Virus record (IMG/VR): IMGVR_UViG_2700989102_000001
Location: 1-64,000 of that record
Source: a virus
Lineage: Duplodnaviria; Caudoviricetes
Length of the DNA stretch: 64,000 nucleotides
Direction: 5' to 3' (one strand)
Every line of letters starts with the position of its first letter. The stretch's first letter is position 1. The position numbers and the translations under genes are program-made. Below the pieces are notes generated by a model, which saw nothing but the letters and a program-made list of their open reading frames with translations, had not been told where the DNA came from and searched no databases. Below are positions 1 to 9,346 of the stretch, piece by piece.

Positions 1-74
1 GCCACGAAAACATCCCCCCCCTGGAGTGGGGAGAGAGATTTTTTCCCTCCCCACGCAGACTTTTTATTAATAAA

Positions 75-821
75 TTGGGCCAAGGAGCACGGAATTTGGC
101 GGAAATTACATGCGAATTTTGCGGTAATTCATTTCCCCGGAAACCGGGGCGGGGCCGCCCCCCGAAATACTGCAGCGACTCCTGCCGAAACAAGGCCTAC
201 TATCAGCCCGTTAAGCCCGAGTATGTTCAGTGCGGGGCCTGTGGCGACTTCTTTCAGCGCCCCAATGGGTGGAGAAAGTTCTGCACGGGCGACGCCTGCC
301 GTAAGGCGCGCGAGCGAGAGCGCTACCGCAGACGCGACCAGCAGCGCGACTACAGCTACAAGAAACAAGCCAACTGCGACTCCTGTGGTGAGCCCACCTG
401 GGGCAAGCCTGGCGACATCGTCATCTGCCACCCCTGCCGGCGCAAGCACGGCCCGCCAGTCATGAGCCTGGAAGAGCTTCGCCTACTCCCGCCCGATAAA
501 GGTGACGGACTCGGCTGGAGGCACCAGAGGGCGCTGAAGGCTCTGCGGCGCGACCACGTGGACGGCAGCCCGTGCGATTGGTGTGGGAGGCCGATGTGGC
601 TGGACCCGACCCGGAACTACGACTATGACCCCGAGGTCAAGAGAAATGGCAACGGGGTTCTCCAGGGCGACCATATGGAACCTCGCCGCGAGTACCTGAA
701 GCGCGGGGAGCCTACGCCGCTGCCGGATCGCCTGCTTCACGCAGAATGCAATCGCCAGCGCGGGGACGGGAAGAACGACCATCTCGCCTGGGTCAATCGA
801 AAGTGCGATTGCCAGTCTTAG
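75..821 (+). CDS. HNH endonuclease-like protein with N-terminal Zn-ribbon/AT-hook repeats; paralog of 1862..2236
   Basis: CxxC pairs and GRGRPPK; C-terminal CDWCGRPM...GDH...DRLLHAECN is nearly identical to 1862..2236. Confidence 0.8.
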   Translation: MGQGARNLAEITCEFCGNSFPRKPGRGRPPKYCSDSCRNKAYYQPVKPEYVQCGACGDFFQRPNGWRKFCTGDACRKARERERYRRRDQQRDYSYKKQANCDSCGEPTWGKPGDIVICHPCRRKHGPPVMSLEELRLLPPDKGDGLGWRHQRALKALRRDHVDGSPCDWCGRPMWLDPTRNYDYDPEVKRNGNGVLQGDHMEPRREYLKRGEPTPLPDRLLHAECNRQRGDGKNDHLAWVNRKCDCQS

Positions 822-877
822 CCCTTTTCTTTCGCGGGGGCGCCAATACCGCGAAAAAACACGCAAAGGAAAGCTCA

Positions 878-1567
878 ATGGAGTTACTTGCGCATCAGAA
901 ATTAATTCACGAGACGATCGACAATTCTTCGGTATCGGCCTTCGCCGCGCCGAGGCAGAACGGCAAAACCTGCGCCGCGGTCAACTACGCCCTGAGATAT
1001 CCGGGGAAGGTGTTGTACTTCTCCCGGGGGTTCCGCGAGGCGCGGTGCGCGTTCGACCTCGCCGTGAAGATGGGGGACCGGGGCCCCGGCACCTGGAGTG
1101 TCATCCAGTCCAGCAAGGCCAATGGTCGGCTGTCTGTGAACACGTCCCTGTGCGGGGCTTTTGGCCAGGTGGACTTCCTGCCCTACGGCCGGGGATCGGC
1201 CCGCGGGCTTATCGCCGACTTGGTGATCCTCGACGACGCTGACGAGGTGGAGCCGGAGGTCCTGGGGGATATCTATCCCGCGGTTCTTACGACCGGCGGG
1301 AAGATCGCGGCGTTCGGCCTTCTGCATAAGCAGGGCCTCTTGGCCCACGTGGCGGGCGTAGCCGACGGCAGGCGGGTCTGGTGGGGCGGCCCCTGCGAAT
1401 CGTGGGATCAAGCCACTATCGCCGAGGCGAATCCCGCCCTCGGCCATCTCTTCACCAGGGAGCAGGTGGGGCGCGAGTTGAAGATCCTCCCGCGCGAGGT
1501 CTTCGCGCGCGACCGCCTGGGGATCACCCCGCCGAAGGTTGAGTTCAAGCGCCGGGGCGACGGCTAA
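878..1567 (+). CDS. Truncated terminase large subunit-like ATPase (no nuclease domain)
   Basis: Walker A PRQNGKT, Walker B LVILDDA, ANPALG motif; AAGGAAAG RBS before ATG 878. Confidence 0.8.
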   Translation: MELLAHQKLIHETIDNSSVSAFAAPRQNGKTCAAVNYALRYPGKVLYFSRGFREARCAFDLAVKMGDRGPGTWSVIQSSKANGRLSVNTSLCGAFGQVDFLPYGRGSARGLIADLVILDDADEVEPEVLGDIYPAVLTTGGKIAAFGLLHKQGLLAHVAGVADGRRVWWGGPCESWDQATIAEANPALGHLFTREQVGRELKILPREVFARDRLGITPPKVEFKRRGDG

Positions 1568-1635
1568 CCGCCCCTTGGACGTGCGCGGAAACACCTAGTT
1601 TTCAGAACACGGTCAAATGATAGGGGAACATCAAA

Positions 1636-1887
1636 ATGACCGACACATACGAATACTTCACCTGGAGCGAAACCCCACCTAAAGATCACTGCCCTGAGCA
1701 CGACTTCGAGGTGGGCAAAATCTCCGAGTGGGGCCCCCTCGAAGACGACTCCCGCTGGACGCTCGTGGACGACATCGTGGAGCGCTGCCTTCAGCCCATG
1801 TCGGAATTCCTCAAAGACGTTCTTGCGGAGGCCGACCTATCTATCACCGTGAATCTCTGGCATGGCCACCAAGAAGACGACCACTGA
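1636..1887 (+). CDS. Hypothetical acidic protein
   Basis: TAGGGGAACA RBS; fills the gap between neighbours. Confidence 0.65.
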   Translation: MTDTYEYFTWSETPPKDHCPEHDFEVGKISEWGPLEDDSRWTLVDDIVERCLQPMSEFLKDVLAEADLSITVNLWHGHQEDDH

Positions 1888-2236
1888 ACGCGGACTCGGC
1901 TGGCACCACCAACAGGCTGTAGCCAACCTCAAAAAGAAGCACAAAGACGGCACACCGTGCGATTGGTGTGGCCGGCCGATGTTCCTCGAACCCAAGATGA
2001 ACTGGGACTACAACCCAGACCCGGAGGCATCCCAGCACGGTAATGGGGTGCTTCAGGGCGATCACTCAAAGATCACCCGATCCGAGGCTATCAAGAAGGG
2101 TGAGAAGGTCCCGCCGCCGGACAGGCTTTTGCACGCCGCCTGCAACATGCAGCGTGGCGCGGGACTCAACGACCATCTCGCGGCGAATGGAAAAGCCGCA
2201 GAGAACCTGGCCATGCCGTGGCCATGGAAAGTCTGA
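1862..2236 (+). CDS. Packaging-associated HNH endonuclease
   Basis: CDWC...GDH...HAACN; lies directly upstream of TerS, as in cos phages. Confidence 0.85.
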   Translation: MATKKTTTERGLGWHHQQAVANLKKKHKDGTPCDWCGRPMFLEPKMNWDYNPDPEASQHGNGVLQGDHSKITRSEAIKKGEKVPPPDRLLHAACNMQRGAGLNDHLAANGKAAENLAMPWPWKV

Positions 2237-2322
2237 CGTTCAGCTTTATTGAACGCGCACCAGCAGTGAACACAGGTCAAGACCAACTTATCGACAATTC
2301 CGATGAGTTCAAGGAGTAATCA

Positions 2323-2697
2323 ATGGCCCTATCCGAGGGCCTCGGCCCACGGGGGTCTGAGGTCTTTGAAGCATTAACCGATGGCAGGCCGATAAGCGCG
2401 GCGCAGCGGGCGCTGGCGCTTAATGCCGCGCGCCTGGCCGACACCCTGGATCGCATTGAATCGGAACTCGCCCACGCGCCCTTGACGGTCATAAATAGCC
2501 AGGGGACTGAGACCATTCATCCCCTTATTTCTGAGGCGCGAATGTTGACCGGAGCCCTATCTCAGATTCTCGCAAAGATGGGGGTTTCGGCCCTCCCTGA
2601 GCCAGAATCTAAAGAAAAGAGACCTCTTGACGTCCTCGCCGAACGACGAGCCCAGCGCCAAGCTGCTCGGGCATCAAACGCCGAGAATTCTCTATAG
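2323..2697 (+). CDS. Terminase small subunit
   Basis: AAGGAG RBS, HPLISEAR motif, position before TerL. Confidence 0.8.
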   Translation: MALSEGLGPRGSEVFEALTDGRPISAAQRALALNAARLADTLDRIESELAHAPLTVINSQGTETIHPLISEARMLTGALSQILAKMGVSALPEPESKEKRPLDVLAERRAQRQAARASNAENSL

Positions 2698-5209
2698 CCC
2701 GGAGGGTGATACTTCCGCCGGGGAAGACGCTATCGAACTCGCTAAAGAGTTCGGCCTAGAGCTCGACCCCTGGCAGCAACTCGCTATCATTGAGGGCCTA
2801 AAAGAGCGCCCCAGCGACGGCAAATGGGCCGCCTATGAGGTGGGCCTGATGGTTAGCCGGCAGAACGGCAAGGGGGACCTGGGGCATAACACCCAAGTCC
2901 TCACCACTGATGGCTGGGTAAACCATGGCGACCTCCAGCCGGGGCAATACGTCTACGGATCGGATGGTAAGCCCGTCCGCATCGTCGCAGTTTCGCCGGA
3001 ATACACCGACAGCGACTGCTACCGCGTGACCTTTACTGACGGGTCTTCCGTCATCGCTGGGGGCGGCCACCTCTGGGAGGTCCGTCGCAAGTCCAAGAAG
3101 GTCACCGAGGTTCTCGCTACCGAGGCTCTCGCGCCCTCCGTGGGTGGCCCGCGACCCGACAACGGACGCATGGAGTACAACTGGCGCGTCCGCTGCGACG
3201 CGATGGTTGACAGCCCGGAGGCGGATCTCCCGATCGATCCGTACCTACTTGGCTATTGGCTGGGGGATGGCACCTCGAAGGCCGCCAGCATCACCGTTGG
3301 GCACGACGACGAAGACTGGGTGGCGGCGCGGATCGAGGCCGCCGGCGCGCGGATCATTCGCCGCACCACCCACGACCACGGAAACGCCCGCGGGCTGCAC
3401 TTCCGCCTCGACGCCAAGATGCGAGACGGGTTTGAGTCGCGCTGCCGCCGCCTAGGCATCTGGGACAACAAACACATTCCGGAGATCTACCTAACCGCCT
3501 CCATCGGGCAGCGTAAGCAACTTTTGGCGGGCCTGATGGACTCGGATGGCTCGGCGCGCGCTAACACGCGCTCTACCCAAGTTGAATTTTGCACAACCAT
3601 CCCCGCCCTGGCGAACGGTTTCCAGACCCTGGCGCGGGGGCTTGGCATTCGCGTGACCCCGAAGGTTGGCAAGTCTTCCTACCGTGCCGATGGCGCACTG
3701 GTGGGGTGCAAGGATCGTCACCGCTTCCTGTGGACGCCCACGTTTAACCCCTTCCAGTCGCCGCGCAAGTCGGCGCTATTTGCGGAGCCGGTTAGCGCCC
3801 GCCAGGGCGAGATGAGCATCGTTTCGATCGAGCCGGTGCCCACGGAGCCGACGCGCTGCATCCAGGTTGATGCTGAGGACGGTATCTACTTGGTGGGTCG
3901 GAGCTTTATTCCGACGCACAACAGCATCCTGGAGGCCATTGAGCTCGCTGGGCTGTTCCTTTTCGGTGAGCGCCTGATCATTCACTCCGCTCACCTTTTC
4001 GCCACCGCCTCCGACGCGATGCGCCGCCTCGACACCCTCCTGGCTCAGGGCGGAGTCAAGTACAAGGCGGTAGGCACGCACGGCCAGGAACGCATCGAGA
4101 TCCTGGAAGGCCCCAACAAGGGCGCCCGCGTGATGTTCCAGTCCCGAACCAAAGGGGCTGGCCTGGGGTTCTCGGCCGACCGACTGATCCTCGACGAGGC
4201 GATGATGATCTCGCCGGAGTCGTTTCAGGCGCTAGTTCCGACCCTGATCTCTCGACCCAACCCGCAAATCTGGTTCACGGGGTCCGCAGTGGATCAGCGC
4301 ATCCACATCGGGTGCGAGCAGTTCGCCGGCCTGCGGTATCGCGCGCTCAACAGCGAGCCCGGCAAGCGCATCTGCTACCTCGAATGGAGCGCCCCGGAGG
4401 ACCTTGAGGACTTCTCCGACAAGGAGGCCTGGTGGATGGCCAACCCCGGTGGCGGTATCCGCATCACCGAGGAGGACATCCAGGCTGAGTACGACTCCTT
4501 CATGGCGGCCGGCGGCGAACGCGCCTTCGGTGTGCAGCGCCTCGGCGTGGGGGACTGGCCGCTGCTCGGTGCGTCCCGCTCCGAGATCCCGCTGGAGCAC
4601 TGGCGACGCCTGGCCAACCCTGAGCCCGAGTTGACGGGTGCTCGCGCCCTCGTGCTCTATAGAGCCCCGGAAGGCGGCCCCTGGGCGATCGTGGGCTCGC
4701 AACGTTGCACCGACGGACGTATCCACCTCGAAGTGGGTTACACGGGGGAGGACTCCGTGGACCGCGTGGTGGGCATGTTTGTTCAGGCCGTCACCGCCTG
4801 GGGCCCCGAAGAGGTCCTGGTGGGCCGCGGCGGCGCCGCAGAGGTCATCCCGCAGCTTGAAGCCCTGGGCTTCTCGGTTTACAGCCCGAACCAGACCGAA
4901 GAGGCCCAGGCTTGCGGCGGTTTCCTCAACGACGCCATGGTTGATCCCGAAGATCCTTTGCTTTCCCACGGCGATCAGACCGTTTTGAATACCGGCATTT
5001 CCCGCGCCATCAAAAAGGACCTCCCTAGCGGTGGTTTTGTCTGGGATTGTGTCGACCAAAGCTCTTACGCCCAGCTAATGGGCGCCACCTTGGGGCGTTG
5101 GGCGCTACTGAAGCACGCCGTCAACGCGGCACCCACACCCACCATCCACGACTGGCCCGATCAAGAAGAGATCGACAGTTGGATCAACGAACTCTACGAG
5201 GAGGCCTAG
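2627..5209 (+). CDS. Terminase large subunit with intein
   Basis: LDPWQ, RQNGKG Walker A, LILDEA Walker B, ANP motif, C-terminal nuclease region. Confidence 0.95.
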   Translation: MTSSPNDEPSAKLLGHQTPRILYSPEGDTSAGEDAIELAKEFGLELDPWQQLAIIEGLKERPSDGKWAAYEVGLMVSRQNGKGDLGHNTQVLTTDGWVNHGDLQPGQYVYGSDGKPVRIVAVSPEYTDSDCYRVTFTDGSSVIAGGGHLWEVRRKSKKVTEVLATEALAPSVGGPRPDNGRMEYNWRVRCDAMVDSPEADLPIDPYLLGYWLGDGTSKAASITVGHDDEDWVAARIEAAGARIIRRTTHDHGNARGLHFRLDAKMRDGFESRCRRLGIWDNKHIPEIYLTASIGQRKQLLAGLMDSDGSARANTRSTQVEFCTTIPALANGFQTLARGLGIRVTPKVGKSSYRADGALVGCKDRHRFLWTPTFNPFQSPRKSALFAEPVSARQGEMSIVSIEPVPTEPTRCIQVDAEDGIYLVGRSFIPTHNSILEAIELAGLFLFGERLIIHSAHLFATASDAMRRLDTLLAQGGVKYKAVGTHGQERIEILEGPNKGARVMFQSRTKGAGLGFSADRLILDEAMMISPESFQALVPTLISRPNPQIWFTGSAVDQRIHIGCEQFAGLRYRALNSEPGKRICYLEWSAPEDLEDFSDKEAWWMANPGGGIRITEEDIQAEYDSFMAAGGERAFGVQRLGVGDWPLLGASRSEIPLEHWRRLANPEPELTGARALVLYRAPEGGPWAIVGSQRCTDGRIHLEVGYTGEDSVDRVVGMFVQAVTAWGPEEVLVGRGGAAEVIPQLEALGFSVYSPNQTEEAQACGGFLNDAMVDPEDPLLSHGDQTVLNTGISRAIKKDLPSGGFVWDCVDQSSYAQLMGATLGRWALLKHAVNAAPTPTIHDWPDQEEIDSWINELYEEA
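2876..3922 (+). mobile_element. Class-3 intein (349 aa) with LAGLIDADG homing endonuclease, inserted in TerL Walker A
   Basis: Splits RQNGKG|SILE; ends THN/S; WCT triad (GHLW, RCIQV, PTHN); motifs LLGYWLGDG and LAGLMDSDG. Confidence 0.92.
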
Positions 5210-5210
5210 A

Positions 5211-5399
5211 TTGTCCGAACCTTCTCGGCGGATTCAGCCCATTGTCTCCAGCCTATTGGAATTGACGGGGGTCGCACTAGTCATCGGTGGGGTTTACCTC
5301 CTTTCCCCGGTGGCGGCGCTGATCCTCGGCGGCTTCGCCACATTCTTCATCGGCATGGCAATCGATCCGCCGAAGCGTGAGAAGGGCCCCGAGCAGTGA
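5211..5399 (+). CDS. Small membrane protein
   Basis: Two hydrophobic segments; between TerL and portal; GAGGAGG RBS. Confidence 0.75.
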   Translation: MSEPSRRIQPIVSSLLELTGVALVIGGVYLLSPVAALILGGFATFFIGMAIDPPKREKGPEQ

Positions 5400-6619
5400 G
5401 TTTCTTTTCCCGTATCTTCACCGGGCCCAGCGAAGCGCGCATCATCAACAAGCTTGAAAGCGTCCCCTCGCCCCTTGACGAACCGTTCTTCCGGGGCGAT
5501 TCCCACGGTTCTCACGGCGCGATGGCGCTCGGGGCGTTTTATGCCTGCGTCACCCTCCTGGCGGACACCGTCGCTTCACTGAGCATCGACGCCTACCGCA
5601 AGAAGGGCAATGTTCGCGTCCCGGTCGACCCGCAGCCCAAGCTTCTCGCATCCACCCCCTATCCGGGGCTGACTTGGTTCGACTGGCTGTGGATGCTGAT
5701 GGAGTCCCTCGCGGTCACCGGTAACGCCTTCGGCTACATCGCCTCCAGGGGCCCGGACGGGCGGCCGGCGGCGATCATGCCGGTTCACCCGGACTGCATC
5801 CACGTCACCACCTCGGAACGCGACGGTTGGCTGGAGCCGGTCTACCGCATCGACGGAAAAATCGTCGACAACGACCGCATCATGCACATCAAGCGCTATC
5901 CCATCGCGGGATGCGTGGTGGGCATGTCGCCCATCGAAAAAGCCGCCTCCGCGATCGGCCTGGGCTTGGCGGCCGAACGGTACGGCTTGTCGTGGTTCCG
6001 TGACGCGGCAGATCCCCGCGGCATCCTGGCTAGCGACGCCGATCTCACCCCGGATCAGGTTAAGCAGACCCAGAAGCAGTGGATTCAGAGCCACCATGGT
6101 CGGCGCCTGCCCGCGGTGATGTCCGCGGGCATCAAGTGGCAGTCGATCTCCATCACCCCGAATGAGTCGCAGTTCCTCGAAACGCGGGGATTCCAGCGCT
6201 CTGAGATCGCGATGTGGTTCCGCATCCCGCCGCACATGATCGGCGATACGGAAAAGTCCACCTCTTGGGGCACGGGCATTGAGCAGCAATCCATCGGATT
6301 CGTTACATACACCCTGCTCCCTTGGCTGACCTGCATTGAGCAGGCGTTGACCGCATTTCTGCCCAACGGTCAATTTGTCAAATTCAATCACAATGGCCTT
6401 CTGCGAGGAGATGTCAAATCTCGCTTCGAGGCCTACCAGATCGGCATTCAGAACGGCATTTACTCACCCAACGACGCCCGCTCCTGGGAGGACTTGCCGC
6501 CGATTCCCGAGGGTGACATTCACCTGCAGCCCATGAACTTTGTGCCTCTCGGTTACATGCCGCCGGAAGAACCGGCGCAAGAACCCCAGCCGAACTCGGC
6601 GACGGAAGGAAACAAATGA
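5396..6619 (+). CDS. Portal protein (HK97 family)
   Basis: GNAFG, GMSPI, QFLETR, IAMWFRIPPHMIG, SPNDAR motifs. Confidence 0.95.
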   Translation: MSFFSRIFTGPSEARIINKLESVPSPLDEPFFRGDSHGSHGAMALGAFYACVTLLADTVASLSIDAYRKKGNVRVPVDPQPKLLASTPYPGLTWFDWLWMLMESLAVTGNAFGYIASRGPDGRPAAIMPVHPDCIHVTTSERDGWLEPVYRIDGKIVDNDRIMHIKRYPIAGCVVGMSPIEKAASAIGLGLAAERYGLSWFRDAADPRGILASDADLTPDQVKQTQKQWIQSHHGRRLPAVMSAGIKWQSISITPNESQFLETRGFQRSEIAMWFRIPPHMIGDTEKSTSWGTGIEQQSIGFVTYTLLPWLTCIEQALTAFLPNGQFVKFNHNGLLRGDVKSRFEAYQIGIQNGIYSPNDARSWEDLPPIPEGDIHLQPMNFVPLGYMPPEEPAQEPQPNSATEGNK

Positions 6620-7719
6620 CTCTAACCCGCCGAGTGCGGCCGGTTGATGTCACGGATCACCCCGAACACCGGTCGATCCCCATGGACCGCATGGAGGTCC
6701 GTGAAGACAGTGATGAAAACACTCTCGTCCTTGAGGGCTACGCCTCCACTTTCGAGCAGTACGAAATGTACGGCGGCCCCGCGAACGGTTACGGCTGGAT
6801 CGAGCAGCTGGATCGCCGCGCCTTCGAGAAGACCCTCCGCGAAAAGCCCGACCTGCATCTTCTGGTGAACCACGCCGGCACCCCGCTGGCCCGCACCAAG
6901 TCCGGCACCTTGGACCTTTCGGTCGACGACAAGGGCCTGAAGGTGGTGGCCCGCCTCGACAAGCGCGACCCCGACGTGCAGTCCCTCGCCGTCAAGATGG
7001 AGCGCGGCGACATGGACGAAATGTCCTTCGCGTTCCGGGTGAAGGCGCAGAAGTGGGAAGCCACCGACGAGTTCCCCGAGGACGATCAGGCCCTGCGCAC
7101 CATCACCGAGGTCTCCCTGCACAAGGGTGACGTCAGCGTTGTGAACTTCGGCGCCAACCCCACCACGTCGGTTGGCCTGCGCTCCCTCCCGGAGGCCCTG
7201 CGGTTCCTTGCGGAGGCCGACGAGGATGAACTCGCGGAAGTCCGCTCGGATGAGGATCTCGTCAAGCGCGCCATCGAGAAGCTTGGCGGCAAGGGCTCGG
7301 TTCATATCGAGAACCTCCACATCGGCGACGGCAAGGCCGAAGAGCGCATCGACGTCATCGTCCAGGGCGGCGGCGGAGACGGCGCGGCCGGCACGATCCT
7401 TGATGACGCACCCATCAACGTCGTCGAAGACGCCCCCGAGTCCGAAGGGCGTGAAGAGTCTGACGAGCTCGGAATCCAGGGCCTTTCCCCCGTCGCGTAC
7501 GAGGCCATCAAGGAGATCGTTCGCTCCATTCTCGGCGTTGCCGAGTCCGAGGAATCGGAAGAGCGCGACGAAACCGAAGAGGAAGAGGCCCGCGACGAGG
7601 AGGCCGAAGAAGCCGAATCCGGCATCAGCCTCCGCGAAGCCTTCGCCGAAATGGGCGTCGATTCCGAATCTGACGAGCTGAGCATCGCCGAAATCGAAGC
7701 ACTTCTCGACAACGAATAA
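6616..7719 (+). CDS. Capsid maturation protease (HK97/S78) with long acidic C-terminal tail
   Basis: LEGYASTF, VNH, MSFAF, DVSVVNFGA motifs; E/D-rich tail. Confidence 0.92.
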   Translation: MTLTRRVRPVDVTDHPEHRSIPMDRMEVREDSDENTLVLEGYASTFEQYEMYGGPANGYGWIEQLDRRAFEKTLREKPDLHLLVNHAGTPLARTKSGTLDLSVDDKGLKVVARLDKRDPDVQSLAVKMERGDMDEMSFAFRVKAQKWEATDEFPEDDQALRTITEVSLHKGDVSVVNFGANPTTSVGLRSLPEALRFLAEADEDELAEVRSDEDLVKRAIEKLGGKGSVHIENLHIGDGKAEERIDVIVQGGGGDGAAGTILDDAPINVVEDAPESEGREESDELGIQGLSPVAYEAIKEIVRSILGVAESEESEERDETEEEEARDEEAEEAESGISLREAFAEMGVDSESDELSIAEIEALLDNE

Positions 7720-7864
7720 AGCCTATCCCAATACGGGATTCATAACCCTCTGGCACTGAGGGTTTCTTCAAAGTCGCCTATCTGGCGCAACGCCCTGGCA
7801 CTGGGTGATCAATCAGTGCCCAAATTCTTTGGGCAATTCCCTTAAGAAAGGGGTGACCTTCTCC

Positions 7865-9229
7865 ATGGAGAAGCACCTGGAAGAACTGCGCGCCCTGCGC
7901 GCGGCGGCGGCTGAAGCCATCGCCACCCTGAAGGCTGAACGTCAGGCGATCGCCGACGGGGCCAAGGCCGAGAAGCGTGACGCGCTGTCGGCTGACGAGA
8001 CCGCCGAGTTCCGCGCCAAGAGCGCTGCGATCAAGGAAGAGCTCGACAAGGTCGACGACCTCGACGAGCAGATCCGCGAGCTGGAGAGCGAAATCGAGCG
8101 CTCCGGCAAGCTGGAGGCCGAGACCCGCCGCGTCGCCAAGGTCCAGGTGACCAACGAGCACCTGACCTACGAGCGCGGCAACGGCAAATCTTATGTGCAG
8201 GACATCCTGGCCCGCCACTTCGGCGTGGATGACGGCACCGCTCAGGAGCGCCTGAACCGTCACGCGCAGGAGGCGCGCGCCCTGAACCGCACCGAGGGCA
8301 CCGGCGGTTACCTGGTTCCCCCGGTCTGGCTGATGGACCGCTTCATCGAGCTGGCCCGCCCGGGTCGCGTCTACGCGAACCTGTGCCCGTCCGAGGCCCT
8401 GCCCCCGGGTACCGACTCGATCAGCATCCCGAAGATCGCTACCGGCACCTCGACCGCTATCCAGACCGCGGACAACGCCACCATCTCCGAGACGGACCTG
8501 ACCGACACCAGCGTGTCGTGTGGCGTCAAGACGATCGCCGGTGCCCAGGCGCTGTCGATCCAGGCGCTGGAGCAGTCGCCGCTGAACTTCGACGAGATCA
8601 TCTTCCGCGACCTGGCCGGCGACTACGCCGTCAAGCTCGACCTGCAGGTGATCAGCGGCTCGAACTCGGGCAACCAGGTCAAGGGTGTCCGTACCGGCAC
8701 CAAGACCACGGTCACTGCGACCGACACGGGCTCGCAGCTCTCGAAGGTCAAGACCGCCTACGCGAAGATCGCTGACGCTGTTCAGCGTGTGCACACCGAG
8801 CGCTTCATGGCGCCCGAGGTCATCGTGATGCACCCGCGCCGCTGGGCCGCCTTCCAGGCCGTCTTCACCAGCAATGACGTGCCGTTCGGCGCAGCTTCGG
8901 GCTCGGCGTCGCTGCCGCAGCTCGGCGCCTTCAACGGTGTCGTGCCTGCGGGCTACGTCGGCCAGCTGCACGGCCTGCCGGTCGTGACCGACCCCAACCT
9001 GCCGACCACCCTCGGCGACGGGACCAACGAGGACGTCATCCACGTCCTGCGCGTCAGCGACCTCCTGCTGTTCGAGTCGGGCATCCGCACCCGGACGCTG
9101 GAGCAGACCCGCGCCGACAACCTGTCGGTCCTGTTCCAGGTGTACGGCTACCTGGCCTTCACCTCGGAGCGGCATCCGAAGAGCGTCGTGGAGATCAGCG
9201 GTTCCGCGCTGACGGCCCCGTCGTTCTGA
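7865..9229 (+). CDS. Major capsid protein (HK97 fold, N-terminal coiled-coil delta domain)
   Basis: GGYLVP, VMHPRRW, LHGLPVV motifs; strong GC3 bias; AAAGGGG RBS. Confidence 0.95.
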   Translation: MEKHLEELRALRAAAAEAIATLKAERQAIADGAKAEKRDALSADETAEFRAKSAAIKEELDKVDDLDEQIRELESEIERSGKLEAETRRVAKVQVTNEHLTYERGNGKSYVQDILARHFGVDDGTAQERLNRHAQEARALNRTEGTGGYLVPPVWLMDRFIELARPGRVYANLCPSEALPPGTDSISIPKIATGTSTAIQTADNATISETDLTDTSVSCGVKTIAGAQALSIQALEQSPLNFDEIIFRDLAGDYAVKLDLQVISGSNSGNQVKGVRTGTKTTVTATDTGSQLSKVKTAYAKIADAVQRVHTERFMAPEVIVMHPRRWAAFQAVFTSNDVPFGAASGSASLPQLGAFNGVVPAGYVGQLHGLPVVTDPNLPTTLGDGTNEDVIHVLRVSDLLLFESGIRTRTLEQTRADNLSVLFQVYGYLAFTSERHPKSVVEISGSALTAPSF

Positions 9230-9236
9230 CGTGACT

Positions 9237-9314
9237 AGTGCCGCCGTGCAACCCGCGGCGGCACTTCACAAAATCCAAAAGCCTGATGGGGGCGCACCAC
9301 GAGTGCGCCCCCAT
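9237..9314 (+). terminator. Two tandem hairpins after the capsid gene
   Basis: AGTGCCGCCG/CGGCGGCACT (9237-9265) and ATGGGGGCGCAC/GTGCGCCCCCAT (9286-9314). Confidence 0.6.
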
Positions 9315-9346
9315 TCGGGTGACGATATCTAACTCATAGGGGAACA

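Noticed and set aside
1-74. Definite cos/terminus
   Set aside because: The hairpin GTGGGGAG/CTCCCCAC and adjacency to HNH/terminase fit a left end, but an overhang cannot be established from this window.
7778-9175. Long minus-strand ORFs opposite capsid, portal, major tail, tape measure and minor tail genes
   Set aside because: Antisense shadows caused by strong GC3 bias; no motifs or RBS.
7865-9229. Group I intron in capsid or tail genes (reported for some Cluster J phages)
   Set aside because: The capsid and minor tail ORFs here are uninterrupted.
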